Shown: in pieces, positions 38,893 through 48,495 of the stretch
Numbering within the stretch: the first letter of the stretch is position 1
Layout of the letters: each line of letters begins with the position of its first letter
Assembly (NCBI GenBank): GCA_048941015.1
Contig: JBHLNZ010000012.1
Coordinates: forward strand, 1 to 64,000
Length of the DNA: 64,000 nt
From: Promethearchaeota archaeon
GTDB taxonomy: Archaea > Asgardarchaeota > Lokiarchaeia > Sigyniarchaeales > SOKP01
Reading direction: 5' to 3'
The notes under the pieces: generated by a model
The model's database searches: none
What the model was told of the DNA's origin: nothing
Seen by the model: the letters and a program-made list of their open reading frames with translations, nothing else
Translations under genes and position numbers: made by a program

Positions 38893-41070
38893 ATGTCAAA
38901 AACAGAAAATTTAAGAAATATTCGTGCTGTAGCTCTTGATACAGGTGGTACTATGACCGATTCTTTTATAGTAGATGATAAAGGTTCTTTTTCTATTGGT
39001 AAAGCTCAGACTACCCCCAATAATGAATCAGATGGAATATTAAACTCTATTCATGATTCATTAGTTCAATGGAACACAAATTTGGATCAATCAGGTAAAA
39101 CTGTGGAAGCATTAGTTTATTCTGGCACTGCTATGCTAAATAGATTATTAGAGAGAGAAGGTAATAGTAATATTGGAGTCATTGTAAATGCTGGATTCGA
39201 AGATCTTCATAGATTAGGTAGGGCACTACAAGGTTGGATATGGCTAGATTACGGTGGACGATTACATGCGAGAGAACACGAACATCCTGAACCTTTAATC
39301 CCAATGAAACAAATTAAAGGAGTGCGGGGAAGGATTAACTTTTGGGGAGATGAATTAATTCCATTATATGTAGAAGATGTAAAAACAGCTGTTAAAGAAT
39401 TACTTGATATGGGAGTACAGAGTATCTGTGTGTGCCTATTATGCTCTTATATGAATGACAGCCATGAAGTTCAAATAAAGGCAATTGCAGAAGAAATAAT
39501 GGAGGAAAGAGGTCAAAAAGTTCCAATTATATTGTCTAGTGAGCATAATCCTGTAAGAGGAGAAACACCAAGATTAAATGCTATTATTATTGAACAATAT
39601 GCTGCAGAACCTTCAAGAGAGCAATTAATCAAGATAGCCGAAAGAATAAAACAAAAAGGAGTGCCTGCTCCTTTAAGAATTTTAACTTCTTACGGAGGTA
39701 CAATATCACCTTATCACAAATCTCTTATTCCAACAATGGTTTCTGGGCCAATAGGCGGGATGATTGGTACGAAATTCATATCTGAACAATATGGAATAAA
39801 AAATTTAGTTTCAAGTGACGTAGGAGGAACTTCTTTTGATGTAGGTTTACTTATGGAAAGATATGTACCAACAAAATGGGAAAGTTCACTTGGAAGATTT
39901 ATTTTGAATATCCCGATGATTGCTTTGGATTCTATTGGTGCAGGAACAGGAATGTATGTCAGATATAATGAGATTTCTGGAAGATTAGAGTTTGGACCTG
40001 AAAGTGCTGGTTATAAAATTGGTGTTTGTAATGAACAATCTGGAGTGGAAACAGTCACTATGACTGATTGTAGCTTAATTTTAGGATACCTAAATCCAGA
40101 ATATTTTCTTGGTGGAAAAATTCCATTAAATAAAAAAAGAGCTCTCAAGTATATTGAAGAGCAACTTTCTGAACCATTTAAAGCGGATCCCTACAGTACA
40201 GCAAGAGGAGCTTTAGACTTAATAGAGATCAATATGAATAATCATCTTAACGGAATGATACAGGGTTTAGGTTTTAGACCGGAAAACTATACATTGATAT
40301 CTTTTGGAGGAGGAGGACCACTTCATGTAGCCGGATATTCCAGAGGATTAAATTTTGAGAATATTCTACTACCTGAATGGGCAGCTGCTTTTTCTGCATT
40401 TGGTTGTGCATGTGCTGATCATTCATATCGTCATGAAAAATCTGTTGATCTAGTTTTACCTCCTGATGGGAGCATGAATGGTTTTGTATCATCATTATTG
40501 AATTCTACATGGTTGGATTTAAAAATGAATATAATTAAAGAATTTGAAGCTGAGGGGAGAGATCCAAGTGAAATGATCTTCAAACCTTCCTTAAGAATAC
40601 AATACCTCGGAATGATGGATGATCTTGAAGTTCAATCTTCCACTGATGAGCTTTCCATTATATTTTTTGAAGAGTTTCAACGTTATGATTCAAAAGAATT
40701 AACACAAATTACTAAAAATTATGATGAATTATTCGAAGAGATCTATCGTAGAGGTACTAAAAGCCCAGAACTTGGCTATCATATTACAAAAGCTATAGGT
40801 ACTGGAATTGTACCTGTTCCTAAACCCAAGCTTCCTGAACACAAGCAATCTGATAAAAAACCAGATGGAGAAGCTTTTAAAGGAGAAAGAGAAATATTTT
40901 GGGGCAAAGGATGGCATAAGGCAACACTCTGGGAAATGAATTTACTGAAAAGTGGAAATTTAATAGAAGGACCAGCGGTAATTGAAGCTCCAGCAACTAC
41001 CATATTGTTACCACCTGGATATAGAGTTAAATTAGATAAACATAGAATTTTTCATATGGAGGTTAGGTAA
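38893..41070 (+). CDS. acxA: Acetone carboxylase beta subunit (hydantoinase A/oxoprolinase family)
   Basis: DTGGTMTD, GKAQTTP, YSGTAMLNR, SGPIGG, DVGGTSFD, GPESAG, FGGGGPLH, WAAAFSAFG. Confidence 0.88.
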   Translation: MSKTENLRNIRAVALDTGGTMTDSFIVDDKGSFSIGKAQTTPNNESDGILNSIHDSLVQWNTNLDQSGKTVEALVYSGTAMLNRLLEREGNSNIGVIVNAGFEDLHRLGRALQGWIWLDYGGRLHAREHEHPEPLIPMKQIKGVRGRINFWGDELIPLYVEDVKTAVKELLDMGVQSICVCLLCSYMNDSHEVQIKAIAEEIMEERGQKVPIILSSEHNPVRGETPRLNAIIIEQYAAEPSREQLIKIAERIKQKGVPAPLRILTSYGGTISPYHKSLIPTMVSGPIGGMIGTKFISEQYGIKNLVSSDVGGTSFDVGLLMERYVPTKWESSLGRFILNIPMIALDSIGAGTGMYVRYNEISGRLEFGPESAGYKIGVCNEQSGVETVTMTDCSLILGYLNPEYFLGGKIPLNKKRALKYIEEQLSEPFKADPYSTARGALDLIEINMNNHLNGMIQGLGFRPENYTLISFGGGGPLHVAGYSRGLNFENILLPEWAAAFSAFGCACADHSYRHEKSVDLVLPPDGSMNGFVSSLLNSTWLDLKMNIIKEFEAEGRDPSEMIFKPSLRIQYLGMMDDLEVQSSTDELSIIFFEEFQRYDSKELTQITKNYDELFEEIYRRGTKSPELGYHITKAIGTGIVPVPKPKLPEHKQSDKKPDGEAFKGEREIFWGKGWHKATLWEMNLLKSGNLIEGPAVIEAPATTILLPPGYRVKLDKHRIFHMEVR
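41058..41063 (+). promoter_or_regulatory. Shine-Dalgarno GGAGGT for acxB, embedded in the 3' end of acxA
   Basis: GGAGGT 7 nt upstream of ATG 41071; stop TAA abuts the start. Confidence 0.7.
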
Positions 41071-43284
41071 ATGTCAAATAAGTTAATAGGATGGGATCAA
41101 AAATCCTTAATAGACATGTTAGAAGAAAGTGAACAATTATTTAATAATACAGGGTGTTATCATGGAATAGAACATCTTAGTTTAAAAGAAAAAGATCCTT
41201 TTAGATTTGAAAAAGCTTATGCTAGTTTGAGAGGAGCACTTGTATCTGCTAGAGAAACTGCACTACATGTAGCAGCATCTCCGATAGTTAAAGAAATTGG
41301 AGAGCTTTGTTTTGCTCTTTATACTCCTGAAGGTGATTCGATTGTAGTTTCAACAGGCATTCTAGTTCATGTTCATACTATGAGTGAAGCTGTGAAATTT
41401 ATGATTCGTCAAAATTATGAGGATGATCCTGGAATAAACCCGGGAGATATTTTCTTAAATAACGATCCAGCTTGTGGAAATGTTCATACAACTGATGTTC
41501 AGACATTAATACCGCTCTTCTGGAAAGATGAATTAATTGGTTGGGCAGGTGGTGTTACTCATCAAATAGATACGGGAGGTATTACTCCTGGACACGATTT
41601 AGTTCCAGCTATGCAGCGTTTTGATGATGGTGTTTATTACACATGCCGTAAAATCGGATCAAATAACAGAATATGGAAAGATCATTTAATAAGCGCAAGA
41701 AGATCTGTTAGAACGCCTCTTTATTGGGAATTAGATGAAAAATGTAGATTAGCAGGGAATTTGATGATACGAGATGCTGTTATGAATTTTATAGAACACG
41801 AAGGAATAGATTTCTACAAAAGATTCATGAGAGAAGCAATAGAAGAGGGACGAAGGATTTTTCAAGAAAGAGTAAAGGAAAGGTTGATTCCGGGCAGATA
41901 TCGAGCTGCAGCTTTCATGGATATGCCTCAAAAGGAAGAAGCATGGCAACCAAGAGCAAGATTGAATAAGATTTCAAATCAACCATTAGAAATTTTAATA
42001 AGAAACGACGGGAAAATGGCTTTATCTTTTGATGGAGCTAGTGGTCCAGGTCCAAACTGTATGAATGCCGAGAAAGGAGCAATGGAGGGAGGTCAATGGG
42101 TTTTATTAACACAAATATTAATATATGCGGATAAGGTTAATGATGGGGCCTATTTTGCTGTAGAGAAAAATTATCCTGAAGGCACATGGTGTAATCCAGG
42201 AGATATATATCTTTCTTATCAAGCTCCTTGGGGAAATCTGATTCCTGCATATACGGGGATGATGAAATGTATCTCTTATGGCTTATTTTCTCGGGGTTAT
42301 AGAGAAGAAGTTGTGGCAGGATATCCTTTCACAGGAGATGCAATCCAAGGAGGGGGAATATTTACTGAGGGTCCACTTTCTGGAACTCGTTGGTCATTAT
42401 CTACATTTGAAATTAGTGGACAAGGATTTGGAGCTAGTGCTGTAAGAGATGGTTTAAATTGGGGTTATGCTATGTGGAATCCCGAATCAGATCTTGGTGA
42501 TGTAGAAACTTGGGAATTATTTCAAGGAGGAGTTCCTTATCTCTCAAGAAGGGTTAAGCCGAATTTACCAGGTCATGGGAAGTTTAGAGGGGGAGCTAAT
42601 TATGAAGGCGTTGCATTAGTTGCATATTCTAAAGATGTCGACTTTTTCGGAGCTAGAGAAGGGTTAGTATTTCACGGAGCTGGAGGAATGCATGGAGGAT
42701 ATCCTAATGCGACATGTTATAGATTATATGCAAAAAACACAAATTTAGAAGAAATCATTAGAAATAGAAAAGATTATCCACTTGGAGATCCTGATCCTAG
42801 CAATGGTGAATTTGAACGCTTAATTAAGGGTGATATAACCAGAAAACCCTATTGCAGTATATATCCGATTACTCTTGAAAATTATGATATTGTTTATTAC
42901 TTTTTAAGTGGTGGTCCGGGATATGGTGATCCACTAGAACGTGATATAGAACAAGTAAAGCATGATCTTGATGATGGTTTTTATACAGAAGATATTGTTA
43001 ATAATGCATATGGGGTTGTAGCTAAATATAACAATAAGGATAAAGAATGGGAAATTGACGTAGAAGCTACAAATAAAAAGAGAGCTGTAATGAAACAAGA
43101 AAGAAAGGATAAATCTATGACATTTGTAGAATTTTGGGATAAAGAGAGGAAAAAATTAAGTGAAGATAAGTTAAGCGAGCCAGTAAAGCTTATGTATTCA
43201 GAGAGTTTGAAATTTTCAAAAGATTGGAAAAAGGAGTTCAAAGAATTCTGGAAATTACCAGATGATTTTGAAATGGAGGTGTAA
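41071..43284 (+). CDS. acxB: Acetone carboxylase alpha subunit (hydantoinase B family)
   Basis: ASPIVKEIGELCF, STGILVHVHTM, NDP..GNVHTTD, GVTH, WNPESDLGDVETWE, GHGKFRGG, GYGDPLER. Confidence 0.9.
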   Translation: MSNKLIGWDQKSLIDMLEESEQLFNNTGCYHGIEHLSLKEKDPFRFEKAYASLRGALVSARETALHVAASPIVKEIGELCFALYTPEGDSIVVSTGILVHVHTMSEAVKFMIRQNYEDDPGINPGDIFLNNDPACGNVHTTDVQTLIPLFWKDELIGWAGGVTHQIDTGGITPGHDLVPAMQRFDDGVYYTCRKIGSNNRIWKDHLISARRSVRTPLYWELDEKCRLAGNLMIRDAVMNFIEHEGIDFYKRFMREAIEEGRRIFQERVKERLIPGRYRAAAFMDMPQKEEAWQPRARLNKISNQPLEILIRNDGKMALSFDGASGPGPNCMNAEKGAMEGGQWVLLTQILIYADKVNDGAYFAVEKNYPEGTWCNPGDIYLSYQAPWGNLIPAYTGMMKCISYGLFSRGYREEVVAGYPFTGDAIQGGGIFTEGPLSGTRWSLSTFEISGQGFGASAVRDGLNWGYAMWNPESDLGDVETWELFQGGVPYLSRRVKPNLPGHGKFRGGANYEGVALVAYSKDVDFFGAREGLVFHGAGGMHGGYPNATCYRLYAKNTNLEEIIRNRKDYPLGDPDPSNGEFERLIKGDITRKPYCSIYPITLENYDIVYYFLSGGPGYGDPLERDIEQVKHDLDDGFYTEDIVNNAYGVVAKYNNKDKEWEIDVEATNKKRAVMKQERKDKSMTFVEFWDKERKKLSEDKLSEPVKLMYSESLKFSKDWKKEFKEFWKLPDDFEMEV
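43275..43281 (+). promoter_or_regulatory. Shine-Dalgarno GGAGGTG for acxC, embedded in the 3' end of acxB
   Basis: GGAGGTG 6 nt upstream of ATG 43288. Confidence 0.7.
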
Positions 43285-43287
43285 GAA

Positions 43288-43782
43288 ATGGTTAAGTATG
43301 ATGAAAAAACATTAGAAAGGATGATTGATGGAAAATTACCATGGGATGAACTTAAACCAATAATTAGCGGGAGAAAAGATCAAGATAGATTCGATAAGAT
43401 TCTTAGTATTTTACAAAGCCGTGTTCCCTGGAGTGAGAAAATTATTTTACCATTACATGAACACCTTTATATTGTGGCTAAAGATGGGCAGAGAATTGTA
43501 AAATGCGATTGTGGCTATGAATTTGGAGATTATAAAATCAATTGGAAAACAAAATGTAGAGTTAGAGTAAGAGATACCCTTGAAGAAATAGAAGAATTAT
43601 ATCCAAAAGATATGGGTAGTGACCCTGATTGGGAAGAATTAAGAGAATATTTCTGCCCTGGGTGCTTTACGCTTTTGGATGTTGAAGCAGTACCCCCTGG
43701 ATATCCAACAATTTTCAATTTCTTGCCAGATATTGATGCTTTTTATGAGAATTGGTTAGAAAGAAAGGCTCCCGATAAATAA
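43288..43782 (+). CDS. acxC: Acetone carboxylase gamma subunit
   Basis: KDQDRF, KCDCGYEFGDYKINWK, REYFCPGC, EAVPPGYP, FLPDIDAFY. Confidence 0.92.
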   Translation: MVKYDEKTLERMIDGKLPWDELKPIISGRKDQDRFDKILSILQSRVPWSEKIILPLHEHLYIVAKDGQRIVKCDCGYEFGDYKINWKTKCRVRVRDTLEEIEELYPKDMGSDPDWEELREYFCPGCFTLLDVEAVPPGYPTIFNFLPDIDAFYENWLERKAPDK

Positions 43783-43784
43783 AA

Positions 43785-43806
43785 TTTTTTTTTTCTATTT
43801 TTTTTT
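43785..43806 (+). terminator. Oligo-T archaeal-type terminator after acxABC
   Basis: Runs of 10 T and 9 T directly after the acxC stop. Confidence 0.55.
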
Positions 43807-43812
43807 AGTCAT

Positions 43813-45081
43813 TTAAACGTATGAACCAAGCAAACTAGCCTTTTTTGGAAACAGAGTCTCAATTAGAGCTTTAGAAGATAGATCAATAATTGCATCCTTT
43901 ATAATATAACTAATCTCATCAAATTTATTATCACCTAAAAGGATCTTAAATATTACCGAACCAGGAACTCTTAAATCTGTCTCACTAAGATCTGGATATC
44001 CTTTTTTAATATTAATTTCATTGATTTCTCCATGTTTGATATCTAACTCAATCGTTTCTCTATAGTTGCTAATTCTAACAATTTTAGTTATGCCCTTAAA
44101 AATTGAATTTTTTAATCTTTCTTCTAAAAGTGGTTTTATTGAATTAAAAAATATATTTAAATTAGGGATCTTTAATTGCCAACCATAGGTTGGTAGTGCT
44201 TTTCCTTCTAATGATTGTATATATTTGTATAGCGAGCAAAATTCGCTGATGCTTAAAGTTATTATATCATCTGAAGAGAATTTTCCATATTCTTTAATAA
44301 ATTGAAGTAATTTAATCATGTGCTTCTTTTCTAAATTTGGGCATATTATTTCATAATTTTGTCCATCATAACTTAAACCCAAAGAAAAATAATTTTTTCT
44401 TTTTCCATCTTCTTCAATTATATAAGTTGAGCGAACTTCTACGTCAAAATGATCATTTATATATTTAAAAGTAAAACATTTCGGATCAAATTTATTGAAA
44501 ATATAGAAATTTTTATGGAATTCATTGTATTTTAACTCAATAAAGGTTAAATCATCTGTATTAGCTTTTCTGATATTTATTCTTTTTAATTCTGTTGTTG
44601 GAATATTGGATATGGGTAGTTTAATTCTTTCATCTAATGAAGAAATATATTCATAGCCTAAGGTCCTATAATAATAGGGAATACCTCTTATGGCTGAAAG
44701 ATTATATCCCTTTTGAAGCATAAGATCTTCATATAATTGATTTAGTTCCCTAATAAGCCCTATTCCGCGATATTCTTCTAATGTGCCAACAAATTCCATT
44801 TCACAAGCAGGTAAATTCCAATTTTCAATTTGCCAGTCTATTGGTGTTAAACATATAGAGGAAACCATCTTGTTTTTATTTTTATCCTTGATATATAGCC
44901 AAAAAATATCCTCTTTTTTAGGATGTTCATAAAAAATCCTATGAATAAAAGATTTTAATATTTCCTCCTTATGAACTGTCAGATTCAAATTTATAATGGC
45001 TTTTAATTCTTTATCCGTATCTTCAGCTATATGTATACTAAATTGATCATCAATATTACGATTATAACCTTTTTCCAACAT
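43813..45081 (-). CDS. GNAT acetyltransferase, Eis-like, with C-terminal SCP2-like domain
   Basis: EFVGTLEEYRGIGL, GIPYYYRTLGYEY. Confidence 0.8.
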   Translation of the reverse strand: MLEKGYNRNIDDQFSIHIAEDTDKELKAIINLNLTVHKEEILKSFIHRIFYEHPKKEDIFWLYIKDKNKNKMVSSICLTPIDWQIENWNLPACEMEFVGTLEEYRGIGLIRELNQLYEDLMLQKGYNLSAIRGIPYYYRTLGYEYISSLDERIKLPISNIPTTELKRINIRKANTDDLTFIELKYNEFHKNFYIFNKFDPKCFTFKYINDHFDVEVRSTYIIEEDGKRKNYFSLGLSYDGQNYEIICPNLEKKHMIKLLQFIKEYGKFSSDDIITLSISEFCSLYKYIQSLEGKALPTYGWQLKIPNLNIFFNSIKPLLEERLKNSIFKGITKIVRISNYRETIELDIKHGEINEINIKKGYPDLSETDLRVPGSVIFKILLGDNKFDEISYIIKDAIIDLSSKALIETLFPKKASLLGSYV

Positions 45082-45213
45082 TACATTTATTCAAATATTA
45101 ATAGCGATTTCAATATTACTATTAATTACTTTAGCTACTTAGATTTTATAAGAGTAAGATTTTTTACTAAAAAAAATGGTAAGAAATTATTAACGTAATG
45201 AAGGTGATATTAT

Positions 45214-45432
45214 ATGACAAATTTAAAGAAATGGGAAGATAATGAACATTGGGTTGAAGTTGACTTAGATTTATGCGTTGGTGCGGCAGATTGCGTTGAT
45301 GTTTGTCCAGTTGAAGTTTATGAACTTGTCGATGGTAAAGTTGTAGCGGATAATATTGGAGAATGTACCGATTGTATGGCATGTCAAGATATTTGCCCTA
45401 CTAATGCGATTTTAAGACATTCTGCATGGTAG
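45214..45432 (+). CDS. Dicluster ferredoxin
   Basis: CVGAADCVDVCP and CTDCMACQDICP; SD AGGTGAT at 45202-45208. Confidence 0.9.
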   Translation: MTNLKKWEDNEHWVEVDLDLCVGAADCVDVCPVEVYELVDGKVVADNIGECTDCMACQDICPTNAILRHSAW

Positions 45433-45436
45433 AAAT

Positions 45437-46987
45437 CTATTTATAGAATCTTGACGATGAATCAATAAGAGCATTGATTGATTCATTAGAAATATAATAT
45501 TCATTATTTAGGTACACTTGATAAATATAATCAAATCTATAAGCACTAGAAGCATAAAAAAACTGAGCATAAAAAATTAAATGATAGCTTGTAGAAAATC
45601 GAATATCATTTTTTATATAATCGAAATATTCATCATTTAAAATAAGGAATGTTATATTTAAACTAAAAATATAATCCGCATCTTCAGGATTATTGAAAAT
45701 GTGCAAATTTTGTAAACTTTCTGGGTAAATATCGATAGTATTTATATCTGCATAAAAAGGGATAGCACCTGTATCCCACACAGCAAGGCTAGAATTTTGT
45801 AAAGAATTTTCATTTATCCATTTTCCCAAAGTAATATTGCAATCTTTAATTCCACTTCCATAATAATTTATAAAAGGATAGAACGTAAAAATAACTAAAA
45901 AATTTGAAATACTAATTAAACCAATTGAAAAAATTTTGATTATTTTGAGAAGATCTTTATCGTTTCTAATTTTCTCATTGAAAAATTCAATAAAATTTAC
46001 AGATCTAGGAAGTAATAAATACATTAAAGGAATCAATGGAATAGCAAATCTAAAACCTGGCATCCAACTAGTAATCAACATTAAAATGATAGACAATGCG
46101 AAAATTAAAATAATTAAATATAATCGTATTTGATCCCGAAAGATGAGATCCCTATTTTTAAAAGCATTTATAAGAATTAAAATCAAAATAGGAGTAAAAA
46201 AAAGAAATAGAGGTATATAAAATAACACTCGTTCAAAAAGAACTGTGAAGTTCACTATTCCTTGCTTCGCTATAAATGTATGGGGTAATAAACTATTATA
46301 ATACAACATTCGCCAAATAAAATAAGGTAAATAAATCAATAAAAATATTCCAAGAAAGATTAAACTATCAGTAATTTCTTTGATTAAATTCTTATCTTTA
46401 GATTTTAAATTAATAATAATGAAATACAACCAGGTTATAGCGAATATAACAGCACCCTCATGTCGTGTAATGCTTAATAAGCCAAAAAAAATGGCAGATA
46501 TTGCTATTTGGAAACTATTTCTAACTTTTATGCCTTTAATAAAGAAATAAATAGAAATTAATAATAAAAAACAAAATAAAGAAGTTTCTAAGCCTCCAAT
46601 AGACCATAATGCTATATTAGGTGTTAAAACATAAAAAATTATGATATAATTACCAAAATTTTCGTTATTATTTAGTAGATGGGCTAGTTTATATAAAATG
46701 GGGATAGTAAGATGACAAAATACCATTCCCGAAATTTTTGAAAAAAGTATAGGGTCAATATTAAAGAAAAAGCTAATTGAGATCCAAAGCACCCAAGAAA
46801 AATTGGAATACCCCTCTACTGGAATCTCATTAACATTAAAAACAATTTGATTACTCTCATACAGATTTTTTGCATATCTAAATGTAATAAAAGCATCATC
46901 TATTGTGAAATTCCAAAACAATAATTGAAACAAAAAGAGAATTAAATGAGCTATAAGTTGAAAATATTTACTTTTTTTCACTAGCAT
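45437..46987 (-). CDS. GT-C fold membrane glycosyltransferase (AftB/PMT-like)
   Basis: IDDAFITFRYAKN, VEGYSN, GGLET, TRHEG; more than 10 TMs. Confidence 0.75.
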   Translation of the reverse strand: MLVKKSKYFQLIAHLILFLFQLLFWNFTIDDAFITFRYAKNLYESNQIVFNVNEIPVEGYSNFSWVLWISISFFFNIDPILFSKISGMVFCHLTIPILYKLAHLLNNNENFGNYIIIFYVLTPNIALWSIGGLETSLFCFLLLISIYFFIKGIKVRNSFQIAISAIFFGLLSITRHEGAVIFAITWLYFIIINLKSKDKNLIKEITDSLIFLGIFLLIYLPYFIWRMLYYNSLLPHTFIAKQGIVNFTVLFERVLFYIPLFLFFTPILILILINAFKNRDLIFRDQIRLYLIILIFALSIILMLITSWMPGFRFAIPLIPLMYLLLPRSVNFIEFFNEKIRNDKDLLKIIKIFSIGLISISNFLVIFTFYPFINYYGSGIKDCNITLGKWINENSLQNSSLAVWDTGAIPFYADINTIDIYPESLQNLHIFNNPEDADYIFSLNITFLILNDEYFDYIKNDIRFSTSYHLIFYAQFFYASSAYRFDYIYQVYLNNEYYISNESINALIDSSSRFYK

Positions 46988-47019
46988 TGATCATCTTTTA
47001 TCTTAGAAAAAATAAAAAA

Positions 47020-48453
47020 TTAGCGTGGTTTTTCAAATGTTAAATACCAATCTTTTAAGGGGCCAATTGCTTTAAAATTTTCCAAAAGAAGCTGATCTTT
47101 TGCATCTTTCTTGATTTTATTGAATAAATCATTACAAATATCGGGATTAAATTCCGCAATATTATTATTCCAGTCTGGGTCCTTTTTCAAATCATACAAT
47201 TTTCTAATTTTGTTATCATTAGTAGAAATTAAGGCATAGCTATCATCTTTATATAATGTACATATACTAAAACCGCAAGTTACATAATTTCGGTTTTCAA
47301 TTTCATTATTAGACTCCTCCAAAATCCTTGAAAGATCAATTCCTTCAATTATTTCTGGTTTATCCTTATTAAGGTAGCCCAGTATGGTCGGTAAGATATC
47401 ATGATTATAAACATATGGATTCTTTATTTTTTTTGGGCTACTCGTATTACTAGGTGGTTTAATAATTAAGGGAATATCCACTAATTCAGGATGCATAAAC
47501 ATTGGAATCTTTCCAGTAGCCCCATGTTCTCCGATACTATGACCATGATCACTAGTTAGAATGATCAGGGAATCATCATAAATTTCTAAATTTTTTAATT
47601 CTTCGATAAAATAACCGAACCAATTATCACATAGTGATACTTCTCCAGCATAACAATTTCTCATATAATTTAATTCTTCATCGGAAAGATAATCCAAATT
47701 TTCACTGTAAGAAGGTGTAATTATCTTTTTTCCATCATAATTTTTATCTATATAAAAATCGAGATAATTTTGAGGCGGATCCCATGGTTCATGAGGGTCG
47801 AATTCATCTATAAAACAAAAAGTATTATTCAATTTTTTAGTATCTTTAATGAATTCTATAGCCTTCTTGAACGTTTGAGCAGGAAAGTAATCTTCCTCTC
47901 CACCTCTTTCTTGAATGTTAGGAAAATAATTTTTTAGAATTCTTTTTTGAGTTAATTTTGCGATGAGATCTTTTTTAACTATATGATCTTCAATAATTTT
48001 ACTAAATTTTTTCGTTCCTTCTCTGAATCGTGCTCGATATTTATCAGTTTCATGGCCTCTTATCCAATTCCATTGATCAAACCCTAAATGGAAATTCATA
48101 TTAGGTTTAAATTGATGGTAAGTACTACTAATGAAAGCTGATAGATATCCAAATGATTTCAAATATTCTGAGAGGTGTCTATGATAAGGAGGGATCGGAT
48201 CCCAACCTGGAGTTAATACTTCATCATCAGTTCGAAGTTCTGGTAATTCATGGTTAAAAGGAAACGTTCGTATTCCGGTATGAATTGATCTTCGAAATGG
48301 AATTGTAGGTAATGATTCGGGATATGCCTTCTCAAATACAATTGAATCTTTCGCAAATTTATCGAAATGTGGCGTTTTTATCCAATTATTCCCATATGTT
48401 TTGCCTGTGTGATCTTTCCTTAGTGAATCAAAAATTATCAAGAAAATTTTCAT
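47020..48453 (-). CDS. Sulfatase/alkaline-phosphatase superfamily hydrolase
   Basis: FDSLRKD, PTIPFRRSIHTG, DPHEPWDPP, YAGEV, TSDHG, HDILPT. Confidence 0.85.
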   Translation of the reverse strand: MKIFLIIFDSLRKDHTGKTYGNNWIKTPHFDKFAKDSIVFEKAYPESLPTIPFRRSIHTGIRTFPFNHELPELRTDDEVLTPGWDPIPPYHRHLSEYLKSFGYLSAFISSTYHQFKPNMNFHLGFDQWNWIRGHETDKYRARFREGTKKFSKIIEDHIVKKDLIAKLTQKRILKNYFPNIQERGGEEDYFPAQTFKKAIEFIKDTKKLNNTFCFIDEFDPHEPWDPPQNYLDFYIDKNYDGKKIITPSYSENLDYLSDEELNYMRNCYAGEVSLCDNWFGYFIEELKNLEIYDDSLIILTSDHGHSIGEHGATGKIPMFMHPELVDIPLIIKPPSNTSSPKKIKNPYVYNHDILPTILGYLNKDKPEIIEGIDLSRILEESNNEIENRNYVTCGFSICTLYKDDSYALISTNDNKIRKLYDLKKDPDWNNNIAEFNPDICNDLFNKIKKDAKDQLLLENFKAIGPLKDWYLTFEKPR

Positions 48454-48495
48454 AGGTTTAGCAAATTAAAAATATTTTATAAAATTTCTTAAGTA

